A stretch of 64,000 nucleotides of DNA. Source: Sphyrna mokarran (taxonomy: Eukaryota). Made by a program: the position numbers and the translations under genes. Below are positions 1 to 14,135 of this stretch, piece after piece. Every line of letters starts with the position of its first letter. Within the stretch, counting starts at the first letter, position 1. Below the pieces are notes generated by a model that saw nothing but the letters and a program-made list of their open reading frames with translations, ran no database searches and was not told the DNA's origin. Location: NCBI GenBank assembly GCA_024679065.1, contig JAGIQG010000004.1, positions 26,722,001-26,786,000 on the forward strand, given 5' to 3'.

Positions 1-80
1 GCATTTTAAGATGCAGCTCACCATAACTTGCCCAAGGGCAATGAAAGATAGGGAATTAATGCTGCCTTGTTAATGACACA
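1..80 (+). mobile_element. 3' tail fragment of CR1-group LINE family B
   Basis: Resembles the family-B 3' end at ~11540-11640 (gctcacca...caagggca...gatgggca..aat..tg.ccttg). Confidence 0.45.
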
Positions 81-1134
81 CAGGGTGTAATTTTCATTCT
101 AGGCCTCACACCGTTGGCAGGAATCAGAAGTCAGAATGACTTCCACTAAAGAGTGGGAGGGCAAGTACATCAAATCATGCACTGCTTATTTGAGTAATTA
201 TGCAGCCAGGATAATTACATCACTTCTGCACCTTTGTTAATACATGAATCAGCACTTCATGGAGTTCTGGATTTTCCTTGCCACTACTTGTGTTATTGAC
301 GATGTGTACTCTTCCCACACCCTTGAACCTCACTCTACTGCCCATCACCATCATTCTTCGAATGACTTCCCTCCCAGCGAGTCCACAACTGTCAAGGGCT
401 GCAGGCCTCTGATACTACTCCTTAATCCATGCATGCACATGGAGGCATCATTCTTTACCAAGGCTCATGCAAGCCATGCACAAGAAGTGTCCCAGTGACA
501 CTATTTCCCTTCCTCCATTGACATTTGAACCCCAGAGAGACATATATCTTGTCAGGATAAATTATCAGGGTTTTACTTCAATTGTCCAGTTGAGCTGACT
601 ATCAGCTCCACTTACCCAACCATCCTCCTCCCAGCTAATATTTGCTCTGTTAGACATCATGAGGTTGACACCCTGATCTGTCTTTGCCTCAGGATGGTGC
701 ATGCCACCTGCTAAACTGTCTCCATCACATTCTATCCTTTTTTAATGCACTCTTCCCTCCATCATCATTGACCACCACCTCCCTAGAGAGCCCATCATCA
801 TCATCATCATCTATTGGATGCCTTCTCTGCCGAGTGACTTCATAATTGTCACATTTTGCATGGCTGTGGTGCCTACAACTCCCAAATTCATACTAAACTT
901 CTTATCTCCTCCAAAATCTCCCTAGATGCAACCTATTCTTGCCATGCCAGACCCTCACCCTCCCACTCTATAGGATCCCAACGCCCCCTCACAGTCACAC
1001 AGCCCTCCTAACACCTGCACCTTTGGTTTATTTGCTCAAGATCCCAACATTGACACCACTGATGCCCTCTCTCTGAAAATTTTCCCATGCTTCCTAACAG
1101 CTCCCTGATTTTCTGCAGATCCTGTTCCCCCACC

Positions 1135-1400
1135 CCCATCTTCCTGCAAACTTCCGTATCTTCCCGCAAACCCCCCATAACTTCCTACATACCCCCATAA
1201 TATTCCACAAATGCTTTGTAATTTCCTGCAGTCTCTCATGTCTTTCCGTACACCCACTCATCTTCCTCCATCACCGCTCATCTTCCCGCATACCCACTCA
1301 TCTTCCCGCACACCAACTTGTCTACCTGCATATCTACCCAACTTCCCACATATCCACCCATCTTCTGACATACCCACCGGTCTTCCCATAATCATCCATG
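1135..1400. repeat. Degenerate ~20-bp C-rich minisatellite
   Basis: Repeated variants of cccactcatcttcccgcata, clearest at 1253-1312. Explains the spurious Pro/His-rich ORF 1211..1597. Confidence 0.65.
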
Positions 1401-3252
1401 TTCTTGCAGCATCCTCCATGCCTTCAGCAATGCTTGGTGTTTTATGCACCCTTCCCCTGTTTTCCCAACTCACCTCCCTTCCCCCTTATCTTTCTGCACC
1501 ATTCCCATCTCTTCTGTACCTTCCCTGTGTCTTCTCAGACACGGGTCATCTCCTCAGTTTGAACCATATCTGGACTCTTCCAATATACACGTCTTAACTT
1601 AGATCTCTTTTGGAACTGTGTGGTTGTGGTATGGGGTAAGGGGAATAAGGTCTTTAAATGCTGCTTCACTTTACTATCTTCTACCTTCTTATTTTCTCCT
1701 TCCATGATAATGATACATAAAGTATACCCATTCCTGTTTCTGAGAAATTAAACATTGGGAGTTGGAAAAGGAAAGAGATAAAATTCCATAAGCCATCAGA
1801 AGCAAATACAAGATTTTCTATGCTTAATGCAAAAATTAATTGGTCCAAAACAAATCATTTCCAGTTACAGTAATTGCTACTCAAACTATCAGCAGCCTCC
1901 ACACTAAAAACCTCCTCAGCTACACCAGTTTCTGTTAATTATGGCAATAGCTACACCTTATATTCTTCATTCCAACTTACTTGTGCTCCACCACAAGTGT
2001 AAATACAAGAAATTTAGGGCTTGCAGCTTTACTGACCCATATTTAAATGTAATTTAAATAACCAGCCAAATCATAATTGGAAATTTGTCAGAATAATTGC
2101 AGCTTGGAGAGTCAATGGAACAAAAATAGACCTTCCACCTGTACTTGCTGAGACAGAGAAACAAATTTTCTCACTTTTCTTTCTGAAGATAACATTGAAA
2201 TTTCAAAGTCCCTTTTATGCAGTTTTGAGTTGAAAAGGTAAAAGGAAACTTTGACCTTCCAGCTGAAATTTTAGCAATAAATATTTTCTCCTCAACATTT
2301 TCAGGATGTGTTTACATTACCACTTAAAGTTCATAAACTGATTGTGAAATGACAACCAACACATATTCAGAAATGGGTTTCTGTTATGAGCAGAGTTCTA
2401 TTTTGTTCTAAGAATATGTTAACATGGTGACAACAGTCAAGTTTAGTTGACTCTTGCTTGAAAACACACCATTGTGCATGAATCAACTCTGTATGTGGAT
2501 TGCGAAAAACTGGATATGCTTCAGTCAAAGAAAACCTAGACTGACAAATCATAATTAAAGTGTAGACGCTACACTGAATAAACAGCACTCGTTAATTACA
2601 CGTGCCATTTGTGTAACAGTGCCAGCTTTTTTAATGCACAGTATTTTCCAACAGTTGACACAGGGCATTTTCCTTTGGCACAGTTCCTACAGGAAGCATA
2701 AAGTTTTTAGGTACAAAGAGTCCCTAATGCAGGTCAGTGAGCAAAAAATTTGTTGGTCAAAATTACTTAAGTTACATTCACTGTTTTTAATTTCTCAGTG
2801 AGCACCTCGTGCTTGTCAAACAGAATCCTTGTATTTTATACGTAGAGGTGAAAACATCGGGCCAAATATTATTAACCTGGAACTTCCTTGTAAAAATACC
2901 CTAACATATGGCACATGATCTATACACTTTTGAATCCTTGAACGCTTTCAAAAGATTTGTTAAGAAAATATATTTAGCACCTGAAAAACAAATGTTTTGG
3001 TTAATTTTGAAGGAAGCTGTGCTTACAGGAATCAACCAACAAGCGTAACATTCTTTCTTCAAAATCATAACACCCTTCTAACCTAGTTTGAATATACAAT
3101 CATTGTTCACACAAATAAAACGGTACGCTTTAATGAGTATAACAATCCACAAAAATAAAGTTAAGGGCATTGTCATTGAGTGTTTGACAAACTTCTGTTT
3201 GGTTTGGGGGGGACAATAGCCAGAAAAACAATTCCGTTGTTCAACTGGCCAA

Positions 3253-3371
3253 AGGCTGAAATTCTTCCACCCCGCCCGCCACAGAATCAGAGCAGGCAAG
3301 GATTTGACAACGGAAATCTCGTTGAGTGGAAATTTCTGATCTTGCCCAAGCGAGACTGTAAAATCCTGCCC
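3253..3371. mobile_element. ~120-bp MITE (Harbinger-like ends)
   Basis: Ends aggctgaaattcttcc ... gtaaaatcctgccc. Reverse-complement similarity to 49529-49646 and 31213-31329. Confidence 0.55.
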
Positions 3372-6029
3372 ATGGTCTGAGTCCTGCCTGCCAAAGATGT
3401 CTGAACCCTCCAATCATCCCCCTCCCCTTTGTCTGAACCTCCACTTCCACATCCCATTCACTTACCTTAGAAACTTACCTTCTCCCTTTCAATGGGACCT
3501 TTAAGTTCACTGCTTTATGGAGTGAACTAATGCCATAAAAAGAGCTATGTCCTCCTTCACTCCTGTCCTTTTAGGAGATGCGCTTTGTTGCCTTTACCTG
3601 ACCCACCTTAAGTCAGGAACATCAGGTGAGACGGCACTTTAGAATTCAAGCAAATAAATTGGTGTGGAGTAGCAACCCGAAGCTGATTGCCACTCTGAGG
3701 AAATTACGGCCCATTGTGACAATAGTACAATTACGTAATCTGAAATGTTACCATACAAAGATAAACTAAAGGGCGAAGAACTTCACTTTCACATTGCTGA
3801 ATCAATTAGAAGTGGATATTACATTCATATCAGCAATAACGTCTTTATAGAAGAAATGTCTTATTGTTGAAGAATGATCCATCAGCATTACACAGTCTCC
3901 TCTTAATCAGCTGTTTGTCTCATACTGCTCATAACTGATATACCATGTCAGGCTAGGCTTTCTTGCTTATGGGACAGAGTTACTCATGTCAAAATTAAAA
4001 TGGGCCTTATGTTGTTTCATTAAAATTTTAAATCACTAAAACTAGTCAGGGAAATTGAACTTCAACAGTTCCAGCTCTGAAATAATTAGATTGTATAGCT
4101 TCCAGTGCTTTAGACATTTACTTCAGTCTTCAAAAGCTGTATCAGTTGCTCAACATTGACCAGGCAACATTTTCCACATACACTGACTGCTCCAAATCAA
4201 TGAACTACCCTGTTTCCTCAGTAGTACTCAACGAGTTTTATTTCATTTTGCTCAGTCTACTAAATCAAACTTTGTTTCCTTCCTTACTCAGGTCACAAAA
4301 TGGCTGTTTCAATGTGTGTGTTCTGATATGAACATGTGTTTGAATAAACATTAATGTCACCTGATGGCCATAGCACTATATTTGTGATATCCAGGCAAGT
4401 ATAATGTCATTGGGATCAACTCCCAGTGCTAGATACATAAAATCTATGGCTTTCTTTTGGCTGGTAACCAGTATTACATTTTTTTTAAATTCTGTTATCT
4501 GAGGATTGAGAACAGCTTTGTGATGGACTGCAGACACAACTACAGGGGGAGTTTCTTCAAGACCGTAAATAGATGAAGACCAAGAATGAGGTAAAACCAA
4601 ACTGAGTACATTCAGCTGGGCTGAGTATAAGGAAATCTTTTGAAGATGGAAATCTAGGAAGCTTGCTCTAGGAAACAGTGACCTAAGAACAGGGGAAACA
4701 TGAAAGGGAGTTGTTAAAATCCTGTAGTCCGTTTATCACAAAGTTATGACTGTTCATATAAGTGCAAGTCTTGTCTGAGTCATTTGAATTTCTTGGAATG
4801 TTTTTACAAATCCCTAAGCAAATCTGGTCAAACGGTATGTTTTCAGAGAAAAAAAATCTTTTGACTCTTTCACACTACATAGATAATCTATGACAGATTT
4901 TTTTTAGGATACAGAATGATTGTCTTTCATGGGTTAAAATTATACACACTAATATGACAAAGTTCACGTCCAATTTTACATTCCAGCGTCTTTACACGTG
5001 CCACATTTGCTTTCAAATAATTATTGACAGAGGCATGATAGTTGACTGAACATGGCCTGTTGATGGTCAACCTAATTTCATCAGACAAACTCTGCAAGTC
5101 ATTTTGATTAGCTCCTGATGTTAACAGTTCTCTTAATCTGTGGCAGTCTCTGCTGCATGGGAGCTGAAAATAGTACTTACCTTAAGCTTTTCTTTGAACT
5201 ACAAAGTTATTTTTTTCCTGATTGGAAGACAGATCTCTGGAAACAGTCAATTGTATGAGAAGCCAGATCTGTTGCATTTGTAGGGAATTGTATCTGTAGA
5301 TAATCATGCTTTCACAGTAATAACCTATCTGGGATTTGATGAACACAATTTCCCTCATTTTCAGGTGACTCAATCTTGCAGGCTATATTGTTGTCTGTAT
5401 TGGAGTTATCTTCTAATACAAAGATGAATTCGTCTCTCCTTGACTCTAATCTATGGATGCTGTCAAAATCCATCTGTACAGTACTATAGTTGCATGATCA
5501 ATTTGAAGATATTACTTCATATAATTGCTATTCACCAAACATCACATAAGACAATCTTAGTTGAGATACTAGCATACAATTATTTTTTAAAGAACTATGA
5601 CAGTCATTAAAATCTAATGGACAATGGTAATACAAGAGTACTGACTTACATATCTTATACAGATAGTATCTTACTCTGATAATACAATCTTAATGATCTG
5701 AATTCATTCCAAAATACTGTACTTATTCTATTTATTTCCAAAGAATCATCTGCCCCTCAAAATACTTATGGCTCTTCTAAGTCATGGTACCATTTGTCCC
5801 ATATGTACATATATTAGAATGCAACATTTCGTCAGTGGTGTCATGTTCTGTCTTTGTAATTCTAAAGTTTGTCCAATTTGAAGCAGTACATTTGGGAAAG
5901 GCAATGTAGAACTTCGTAGCCTGCAAAAACAGGACACAGCAAGGAGTCAACACCAGCAGGAAAACTTTTAGAAAAATAATTTATCTCAGATAAGTGCAAC
6001 TTCACATGTAACCAGATAATGTGCCAGCT

Positions 6030-6230
6030 ATAAGACCATAAGACATAGTAGCAGAATTAGACCAATCAGCCTATCGAGTCTGCTCCACCATTCAATCGTG
6101 GCTGATATTTTCTCATTCCCATTCTCCTGTCTTTTCCCTGTAATCTCTGACTGCCTTATTAATCAAGAGCCTATCTATTCTATTTTAGAAAGAATTTAAA
6201 TATTACGATCAACTTCACACCCTTTTTGGC
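6030..6230 (-). mobile_element. CR1/HER1-like LINE 3' end fragment
   Basis: Terminal (cataaga)n-type repeat plus cagcctatcgagtctgctccaccattcaat, the reverse complement of the CR1 3' tail seen at 43590-43660 and 52740-52810. Confidence 0.7.
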
Positions 6231-7944
6231 ACGAGGTTGATCTTGCTGGATATCAATGCTGGTAAGATCACGAGAGGCGAGAAATTGGGCACAAACCTGA
6301 ATTCTCAGCTCTCTCATGATCTTAACAGTTCTCCCCGCTGATGAGGTAAGATCACAGCCACAATGTTTTTCTGACATCTGGTGTGTTATTGAGAAATCTG
6401 TGGACTCTTGGTTGCATTTATCATTTATTGTGTGAAGTGATATGTTGAACCACATGCTTGTTAATTCGCATATTACCTTATATTGATCCTGAATATTAGT
6501 GCAAAGGATAGATATTGCAAATTGTTTTATTTTTCTAATCTTGTAAAGCATATTTTTGTTTGTTCAAACCTCATGGAATCTTGTGACTTTACTCTCTAAG
6601 CAAGTGCCATGATTCTCAGATTTTGTCTACTTTAAAGAAAACATTTTTGTTTCCTAATTCAAACTTATCAAAAGCTTGGAGATCTGGTCAAGGATCATAA
6701 CATCACCCATTCTTTCTTAACAATCTTTCCTGTCAGCCTCAGTCTCTGATTCCATTTTACCCTGCAGTATTCTTTAAATAGACATAATCAATATCACTCA
6801 ATCAAAATGTGAAATAATACTTTTAAAAGGAATTTTCAAGATACAGATTGAAAAAATTAAATTTCAGAATAGGTCAAAAGTTAAAGTTTGTATGTTTTTA
6901 AGAGCTAGTGTCAAATTATTGAACATATGGCAGAGTTAACAAATATATAACCAACATTTGTACCTCTCACAGCAGGAGAAAAAACCACTCCAAAGCACAG
7001 ACAGACGTAACTAGCTTCAAGGCCAAAATGTGAGCAATGTCTGTACGTTGAATATTTTGTGTATTAACATACACTTCAATTTCAGTCGCTTCATGCAGGG
7101 TGTAAACCTTTTTCAATCTTTCTTTGCAGGAATGTAGAGGCATTTTTGGCTGTGTTAGGTAGGAAAGAGTGAATTAGTCAACTATAATTGGGCTTGTGTC
7201 ACCATGGTGACAGGGCAACATACTTTTTACAACTAGGCTTTAACTCTTCCTTGGTTGTTATTTGTTTTCCCTTCTTTACTGTTTAAGCAATTAATTTACA
7301 CTCGTGTCATTTTCAGCTGTGACATGCATTTTCACTTTTAGAGTTATAAATTTGCCTTTACACATTTTTTAAAACTTGATGCCCATTTTAGTTTTTGATT
7401 TAAATATATATTAGTTATGAAAATAATGTTGGAAACTAGAATCTCTGCAATAACAGCTTAGAACAGTAAACAAACAAATTATTATCTTGCTTATTGACAT
7501 TAATACTATATTTGAAAACATAGGAAAATTCATAAATTACATTTTGTAATTTTATTTTAAGGAAGTGAATTGACAGCATTGTTGAATCATTTTTTAATAT
7601 TAATACTTTAGCTCCAACAGTCATACTCAACGCTGAGGAGTGAAAACTGATGGGCTTAAAGCAGGACATGATAAGACAAGTCCATGCTGACCATACAATA
7701 TCCTGGGTATCAAACAACAAATCCTTCGAGAAGGATATCCGCAGTCTCTTAGAAAAGGCCTCCTGCTCTGTGAAGCAGGTGGGCATACATTACCAGTGGC
7801 ATTCAGGATGGCTAATGGTGTAGGATCCCTACCTAGACCTTCGTTACACCATGATGCTGCGCTGTCTCTCTTTTTCCTTTTAGACAGAAAAGTGGAGAGT
7901 TATGTGTAAGTAATGGATTGTGTGCCGAGGAGGGTAAATCATAT

Positions 7945-8375
7945 ATGTGGAGGGTGATGGTGATATTTTCCCAAGTCAGGATGGTGAGTAGCTTGGAGGG
8001 GAACTTCCAGGTGGTGGTGTTCCCAGAGTCTGCTGCTCTTGTCCTTCTAAATGGCAGTGTTCAGGGAATTGGAAGGTGGAGCCTTTGGCAAGTTTTTTTT
8101 TTACACAGAGGGTGGTAGATGCCTGGGACTTGCTATCAGGGAGATAGTGGAAGCAGATACGATTGTGAATTTTAAAGAGCATCTTAATAAATACATGAAT
8201 AGGATGGGGATGGAGGGAGTCTTATGTCAGTTGGGCAGCATGGTCAGTGCAGGCTTGGAGAGCTGAAGGGCCTGTTTCTGTGCTGTAATTTTCTTTGTTC
8301 TTTGAACCGTAGTGAGTTCCTGTAGTGCATCTTGTAGATGGTACACTTGGTTGTCACTGTTCATCAATAGTGGAG
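7945..8375 (-). mobile_element. CR1-group LINE family B fragment, interrupted at ~8092-8305
   Basis: Aligns by eye with 9270-9465 (caagtcaggatggtgagtagcttggaggggaac...gtgcatcttgtagatggtacac). Confidence 0.7.
8092..8305 (+). mobile_element. CR1/HER1-like LINE 3' end
   Basis: Encodes FFTQRVV.AW..L...IVEADTIVNFKEHLNKYMNRMGMEG (CR1 ORF2 C-terminus), then the tail gctgaagggcctgtttctgtgctgtaa. Confidence 0.8.
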
Positions 8376-9149
8376 AGACAAAACCTAATATTTCATTTGT
8401 TTAAGTAGTCTTTACTCCTGGTTAAAAGGTTGTGCGAGCTTTGCCACATTTTTTTCCACTGGTCATCTCTGCTTCCATTGCCACTTCTTGTTGTACTTCA
8501 GGTCAATGTAACTCAGCTTTGGTTACATTTTCTTGGTCCCAACAATTAATCACTATTTCTTCTCTGCTAAAGAAGCATCATAATGATTAACTTTAACATA
8601 TCTACTCTGCTTATTCCTGAAATCTCTCTGATGCCAGCAACATCTTTAGAAATTTCAGTGCAGCCTTCATATTCCTTCAGCACAATGATGCATTACTGTA
8701 TTCACTGAGCCAATGATAAATGGGGAGATCTGAAATCTCTCTTGAGCAGGAGGCAGGGAAATAAATAAAGTTTACCAGTGCTGTGTTACGAGTTTACCTT
8801 ACTCAGTGGATATCTAGCATTGGATAGTAACAACTTTGTGCAACAAGATTTGGCTTAGTCATGACAAGATGTGACAAAAAAATACCTTATGCTGCTGTCT
8901 TCTACCCACGAGTTTCATTAATTGCAGAAATAATTTCATATATAAAATCATTGTAAAGATTGGCAAAATATCTGTGTCAATGTAATCACATTGCAACTTG
9001 GAATACATTTATGCGAGGTTAGCATTTATATGTTAATTCTGAAGTGTGGTTTACATCCACACTAAATGTTTGGGTATTTCTGGCAAGCTGTAGATCTGTA
9101 TTGAATCTAATTGTATGCTCAAAGTCCAATAAAATTCTTTTAAAAAAAA

Positions 9150-10690
9150 CATCTGTGATGTAAGTGTTGCTGGCAAATCCAGAATTTATTGACCATCCCT
9201 AGTTTCCCTTGAGAAGATGGTGGTGGTGGGGAGGTAGTTCCAGCATTCTGAATCATTAACGATGGGGGAATGATGATATAGTTTCAAATCAAGAAAATAA
9301 GGAACTTGGAGGGGAAATGCAGCTGGTGTCCATTTCTATGCTCTTGTCCTTTTAGGTGGTGGAAGTCGCAGGTTTGGAAGATGCTTTTGAAGGAATCTTG
9401 GCTAGTTGCTGCAGTGCATCTTGTGTATAGTATACACTGTGGCCGCTGTGCATTCGTGGTAGAGGCAATTTATGTTTAAAGTAGTGGATGGGATGTCAAT
9501 AAAATGGCCTGTTTTGTCCCGAATGTTGTTGAGCTTCTTGGAGCATTGTTGGACCTGTATGTACATGGGAAAGTGGAGATTATTCCATCATACCACTGAC
9601 TTGTGCCTTGAATATGATAGATATGCTTAGGGGAGTCAGATTGCAAGTTTCTCATCACAGAATTCCCAACTTCTGTCCTGTTCTTATCATCACAGTATTT
9701 ATGGTCAGTGAGGTTTCTGGTCAACTGTGAGCCCAGGATGTTCATGGTGAGGGTTCAGTCATGGTACAACATCATTTCATATCAGGAAAGGTGGCTAGAT
9801 TCTCAATTGTTCCAGATGGATTTGGCTAGCACTTGTGTGGCACAAATGTAACCTGCCTATTTTCTTTTCTGATTGCCGGAGACTTGAGGTAGGGATCCTG
9901 GAAGACTTTGTTTCCTTATGGCAACAACACCTTCTCCAATGGTCTGACATTTGGGTAAAATTACCAGCAATCTCATATGGGGTTCTAAACCAGATTCCCT
10001 TTTCATTGTCTATACTGGGGACTCTACGTCAGATACGTGCTCCACTCTTGCTTAGCTGAGTTGATATGGGCCTGTGTCACTATTTTTGTTCCTCAGACTG
10101 CGTTATAATATTGGATGTCATTTTTGTACGGATAGTCCAGCTAGTTATATGTTGTCCAGATCTTTCTGCATGCAGACAATGACTTTATTACCTGATGAGT
10201 TATGAATGGAACTGCATTGTGCAGTTATCAGCAAACATCACCTGGCCTTTTGAAAGGTCATTTATGACATCTGGCCTTTTGAAAGGTCATTTATGAAGCT
10301 GTTGAAGCTGGTTGGGCTTAGAACATTGCCTGTAGAAACTCCTGTAGCAACATGCTAGGGTTGAGTTGACAGGCCTCCAAGCATCATAGACATCTTTCTT
10401 TATGCTAAGTTTGAATACAGCCAATGGAAGCTTTTCCTTCTGATTTCTATTGAATTCAATTTTACTAGGGCATCTTAATGATATATTTGATCAAATGCTA
10501 CCTTGAAGTCAAAAGTAGTCACTCCTTTCACATCTTGAGAATTCAGTTCTTCTGTCTATTTTTGAATCAAGGCATGAAACCAAATGTCCTGGCAGAACTC
10601 AAATTTAGCATCACTGAGCAAATTGTTGCTGATTAAGTGTTGTTTGACAGCCCCATTAACAGCATTTTTCATCACATTGTTAATGTTGAG
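9150..10690 (-). mobile_element. 5'-truncated CR1-group LINE family B (RT to 3' end), with an unrelated ~270-bp insert at ~9860-10130
   Basis: Minus-strand RT remnants (AVKQHLISNNLLSDAKFEF, DFKVAFD, FADN at ~10225-10237). 3' tail near 9150-9210. A 29-bp-period tandem duplication at 10242-10296. Confidence 0.75.
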
Positions 10691-10693
10691 ATT

Positions 10694-11640
10694 CTGGCCA
10701 ATTAGCATCCCATTAGTACCATCTTGATCACCAGCAAAGTATTGGAAGGTGTCATTGATAGGGCTATCAATCAGCACATGCTGTGCAATGATCTGCCCAC
10801 TAATACTCACCTTGGATTGCACCAGGCCACTCCGCTCCTGACCTCATTACAGCCTTGGTCCAAACATGGGCAAAAGAGCTGAACTCAAGAGTTCAGGATG
10901 CACAGTGTTCAACATCATTTGGAACTCTTCAGATACTAAAGCAGTCTGTGCCTATTTGCAGCAATACAGGAAAACATCCAGTTCAAGAATGATTAAGTGA
11001 CAAGTAACGTTCATGTCACACAAATGCCAGGCGATGACCATTTCCAGCAAGACAGAATATAATAACCATCTCTTTTTCACATTCAATGATGTTTCCATCA
11101 CTGAATACTCTCCCCCCGCCTCATCCTGGAGGTTATTGCTGATCAAAAACTAAAGTGGAGCAGCAATATAAACAGTACAACTGCAACGGTGGTCAGCAAT
11201 TAAGAATTCTCTAGTGAGTAATTCACCTCTTGACTCCCAACCCTGACAACCATCCACAAGACATTAATGATGACTGCGATGGAATTCACTTCATTTACCA
11301 GGGTCACTGTGGCTCTAACAACATTCAAGAAGCTCAATACAATCCAGAACAGGGCAGTCTATGATAGGCAATCCATCCATTACCTTAAACATTATGGGAA
11401 CAAGGTCACCACCAAGTTGTCCTCCAAGCCACACACCATTCTGAGTTGGAACCACATTGCCTTTCCTTATCTGTTGCTGGATCAATATCCCAGAGCTCTC
11501 TTAACAGCACTTTGGGAGCAATCACACTAGCAGTTCAACAAGGTGGCTCACCAACACCTTCTCAAGGACACTTAGGAGTGGGCAACAAATTCTGACCTTG
11601 CCAGTGGTCAGAATTTGGCATCCCATAAAAGAGTAGAAAA
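10694..11640 (+). mobile_element. 5'-truncated CR1-group LINE family B (RT to 3' end)
   Basis: Translates to SKVLEGVIDRAINQHML...HSAPDLITALVQTWAKELNSR, then QVTFMSHKCQAMTIS and TTFKKLNTIQNRA. Ends in the family-B tail. Confidence 0.75.
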
Positions 11641-11699
11641 AATACTGATGGGATAGTATTTGGCTAAATTGGATTTGTTCTGCTTTATCCTTCTGTGGA

Positions 11700-13121
11700 A
11701 AAGGGTTAAGCAGTGTAAATACTGAAGTCATCAAAAATATAGCAAATCTTACTGACCATGATCTCTCTGCAAGTGAGAAATTTGTTTTTGTGCATGGCTT
11801 AAATTTTGATATGTCTACGTCCATCAAATGGGACAAGATACTTACTGAGTTCAAAATCCTTTACTTCCAGTTATTACATCACAAATCATCATCCACTAAA
11901 GATGTTAAATTTTCAAAAGCTTGCCCAACTAAATCATAGCACATGTGTATTATGGGATTCCAAACAAATCAGCTGATTTTCATGTGCACTGTAAATTTCT
12001 GGTGGTGTTACGAAGCTTCAAGGTCAACCCAGACATATACAGCTGTAAACCCAACAATGGAGAAGTATAATTATATTGTGAATTATGTTATATTAACAAT
12101 GCATGCCATTCTTAATGACAGGTCCAAATTCACATCCATTGGATCTGCTGCTAAGCATGTCTGGACAGCCTTGCTAAAAAGAAGTTGCAAAAATGCTTGT
12201 CAGACTTGTGTAAGAATTAAGACTTGCCGGGTCATGTATAATAATAGGTTTCATCTCGCTGCTCACAATGATCCATGTCTGTATGAGCTGCCCAAGACAT
12301 AGACAAGTGATATCCCATTATGCCATATCTTATCTACGACTGGTTCTGCACAAATGGTTGAACCAGTTGTTACAAGCAGTTCTGAGCAAGTTTTCCACAT
12401 ACACAGTGAAGGACTCCTTCACCTTTATGAAAACCATACAGGATTTGTGTATCAATAGCAATGCCATAATAAAGGATGTTGTAGACATTCATAATGTCAT
12501 TATATCATAGTGATCTAAATTCACCACGAATATTTGAATCTGTATTTACTGAACTAATGAATTTAGGAAATCATGCTGTTGAGTTTTTAACAACACCGTG
12601 TATACCCAAATAGATGGTGTTGCCATGAGACTTCTTCTAGGCCCAGCTCTTTCAAATATTTTCATATGTTTCCAGTAGAAACACATCTTTGATGAAATAA
12701 CACCTAACATTGTATATTTCCCATAAATAACTGATACATTTGCTTTATTTGAATCCACAGTTGCATGTAAAATCTTCCTTACACACTTTAATGGGCTTCA
12801 TCTTGCAGTCAAATTCATCTTCAAAATGAAGCAATCAAACTAGTGGTGGCAGTGCTCATGTGCTGGTTGCAAAATCTGCCAATATGTTATTTACTACTGT
12901 CTACTGTAAGCCTTCCTTCACTAATCAATATACACAATGCGATTCCTATAGTTCAACGTGTGTAACACTGGCTTCATTAGCCACCTACAACTGAGCCATT
13001 TTCTCACTGTGCAACTTCGATGCTGAAATAGAATAATAGTGATCCTGCAGGATAATGGCTATGCTTATTATTTAGATCATCGCTTGCTATATATTACGCA
13101 AACTCATGAATGGGACTAATA
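11700..13121 (+). mobile_element. Penelope-like retroelement A, 5' part (RT domain), decayed
   Basis: Motifs NLTDHDLSASEKFVFVHGLNF, LYELPKT..DIPL, KDSFTF, YTQIDGVAM...GPALSNIF, TTVYCKPSFT and ILQDNGY match Penelope RT. Many stops and frameshifts. Confidence 0.85.
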
Positions 13122-14135
13122 AGAGGCAATTCTCCCATCCTGCAGCACTGACTTTTTAGCGCAGTGGGCTGGGAGACTTGACAATTCGTGCGATTTGTGC
13201 TGGGCATCCTGGCCTCTGCGCGTCTCCCAGCCTAAGTTTTCTGGTGTCAATAAATCCATACTGAAAATCAATGGGCATTAGCATGTTAATTAGTGCGTAT
13301 GCGACTAGAATCTCCACTCCAGTAGTATCACCCCATTCTGGCGAGATGTCACGCTGGCAGGGTTTACAACAGCAGTATGAAAGCTGGGGCCTGGCATGGC
13401 AACATTGAACAGGTGTAAGGAGGTAGGAGTATGGAGCTGCAGTCCCTGGGGGTGTATGGGAGGTGGGAGGCAGGGCCTGGAAGATTTCTGCTTGCTGTGA
13501 AGAGGTTCCTGGAGAGCTGGAAGTGCTGTCCCCAGGCCCAGGGATGTTCTGTGTAGTTTCCGTGGGGTGGGGTGGGCTCCTTTACTGACATGTGGTCAGG
13601 GTGCTGTCTGCAGCTACTGGGCTGTTCTGGCTGTGGAGTGTGTTGAGGGACTGAACTGAACTGGACTGACTGCTGGGGTTTTAGGGAGGGGGGCGGTGAC
13701 ATGCACCATGTGCTACTTAAGGGCTCATCAGTTCAGACACGCGGTGCTCCAAGCAGGTGTGCCCTGTTAAACATAGACATTCGTATTGCATGTACTCTTC
13801 AGCAACTGGGAACTCATCTTGCGATAATAAGGAGTCTGTCCCTGTCACGTGTAACTGGCCTACAACGCATGCCTGGAAAGAACTGCTGTAGTTTCACTCA
13901 TGACAATGGCTCAAGGGACCACAACAGTCACACCTGCACTGCCTGCCATGTTAATGCCAATGGCAGGCAACCTCATCAGGTAACACATGGCATCACAGAT
14001 TGTGGTATGTTGCCATCATCCACAAGTGGGGGGTACAGTGAGGGATTGCGGGATGGGAGAGCTTCATGCTGGATAGTTGCAAACAATGACATTCATCTAT
14101 CAATCTTGCTCTCTCTCCAACCCACACCATGCAGA

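Noticed and set aside
4330-4880. Possible solo LTR
   Set aside because: LTR-like composition only. No TG...CA ends, TSD or second copy found.
5175-5475. Possible minus-strand host exon ending at a GTAAGT donor
   Set aside because: All three frames contain stops before the donor, and I recognise no homology.
7436-7890. ORFs of 85-116 codons in unique sequence
   Set aside because: No recognisable domain, no consistent splice pair and no neighbouring exons.
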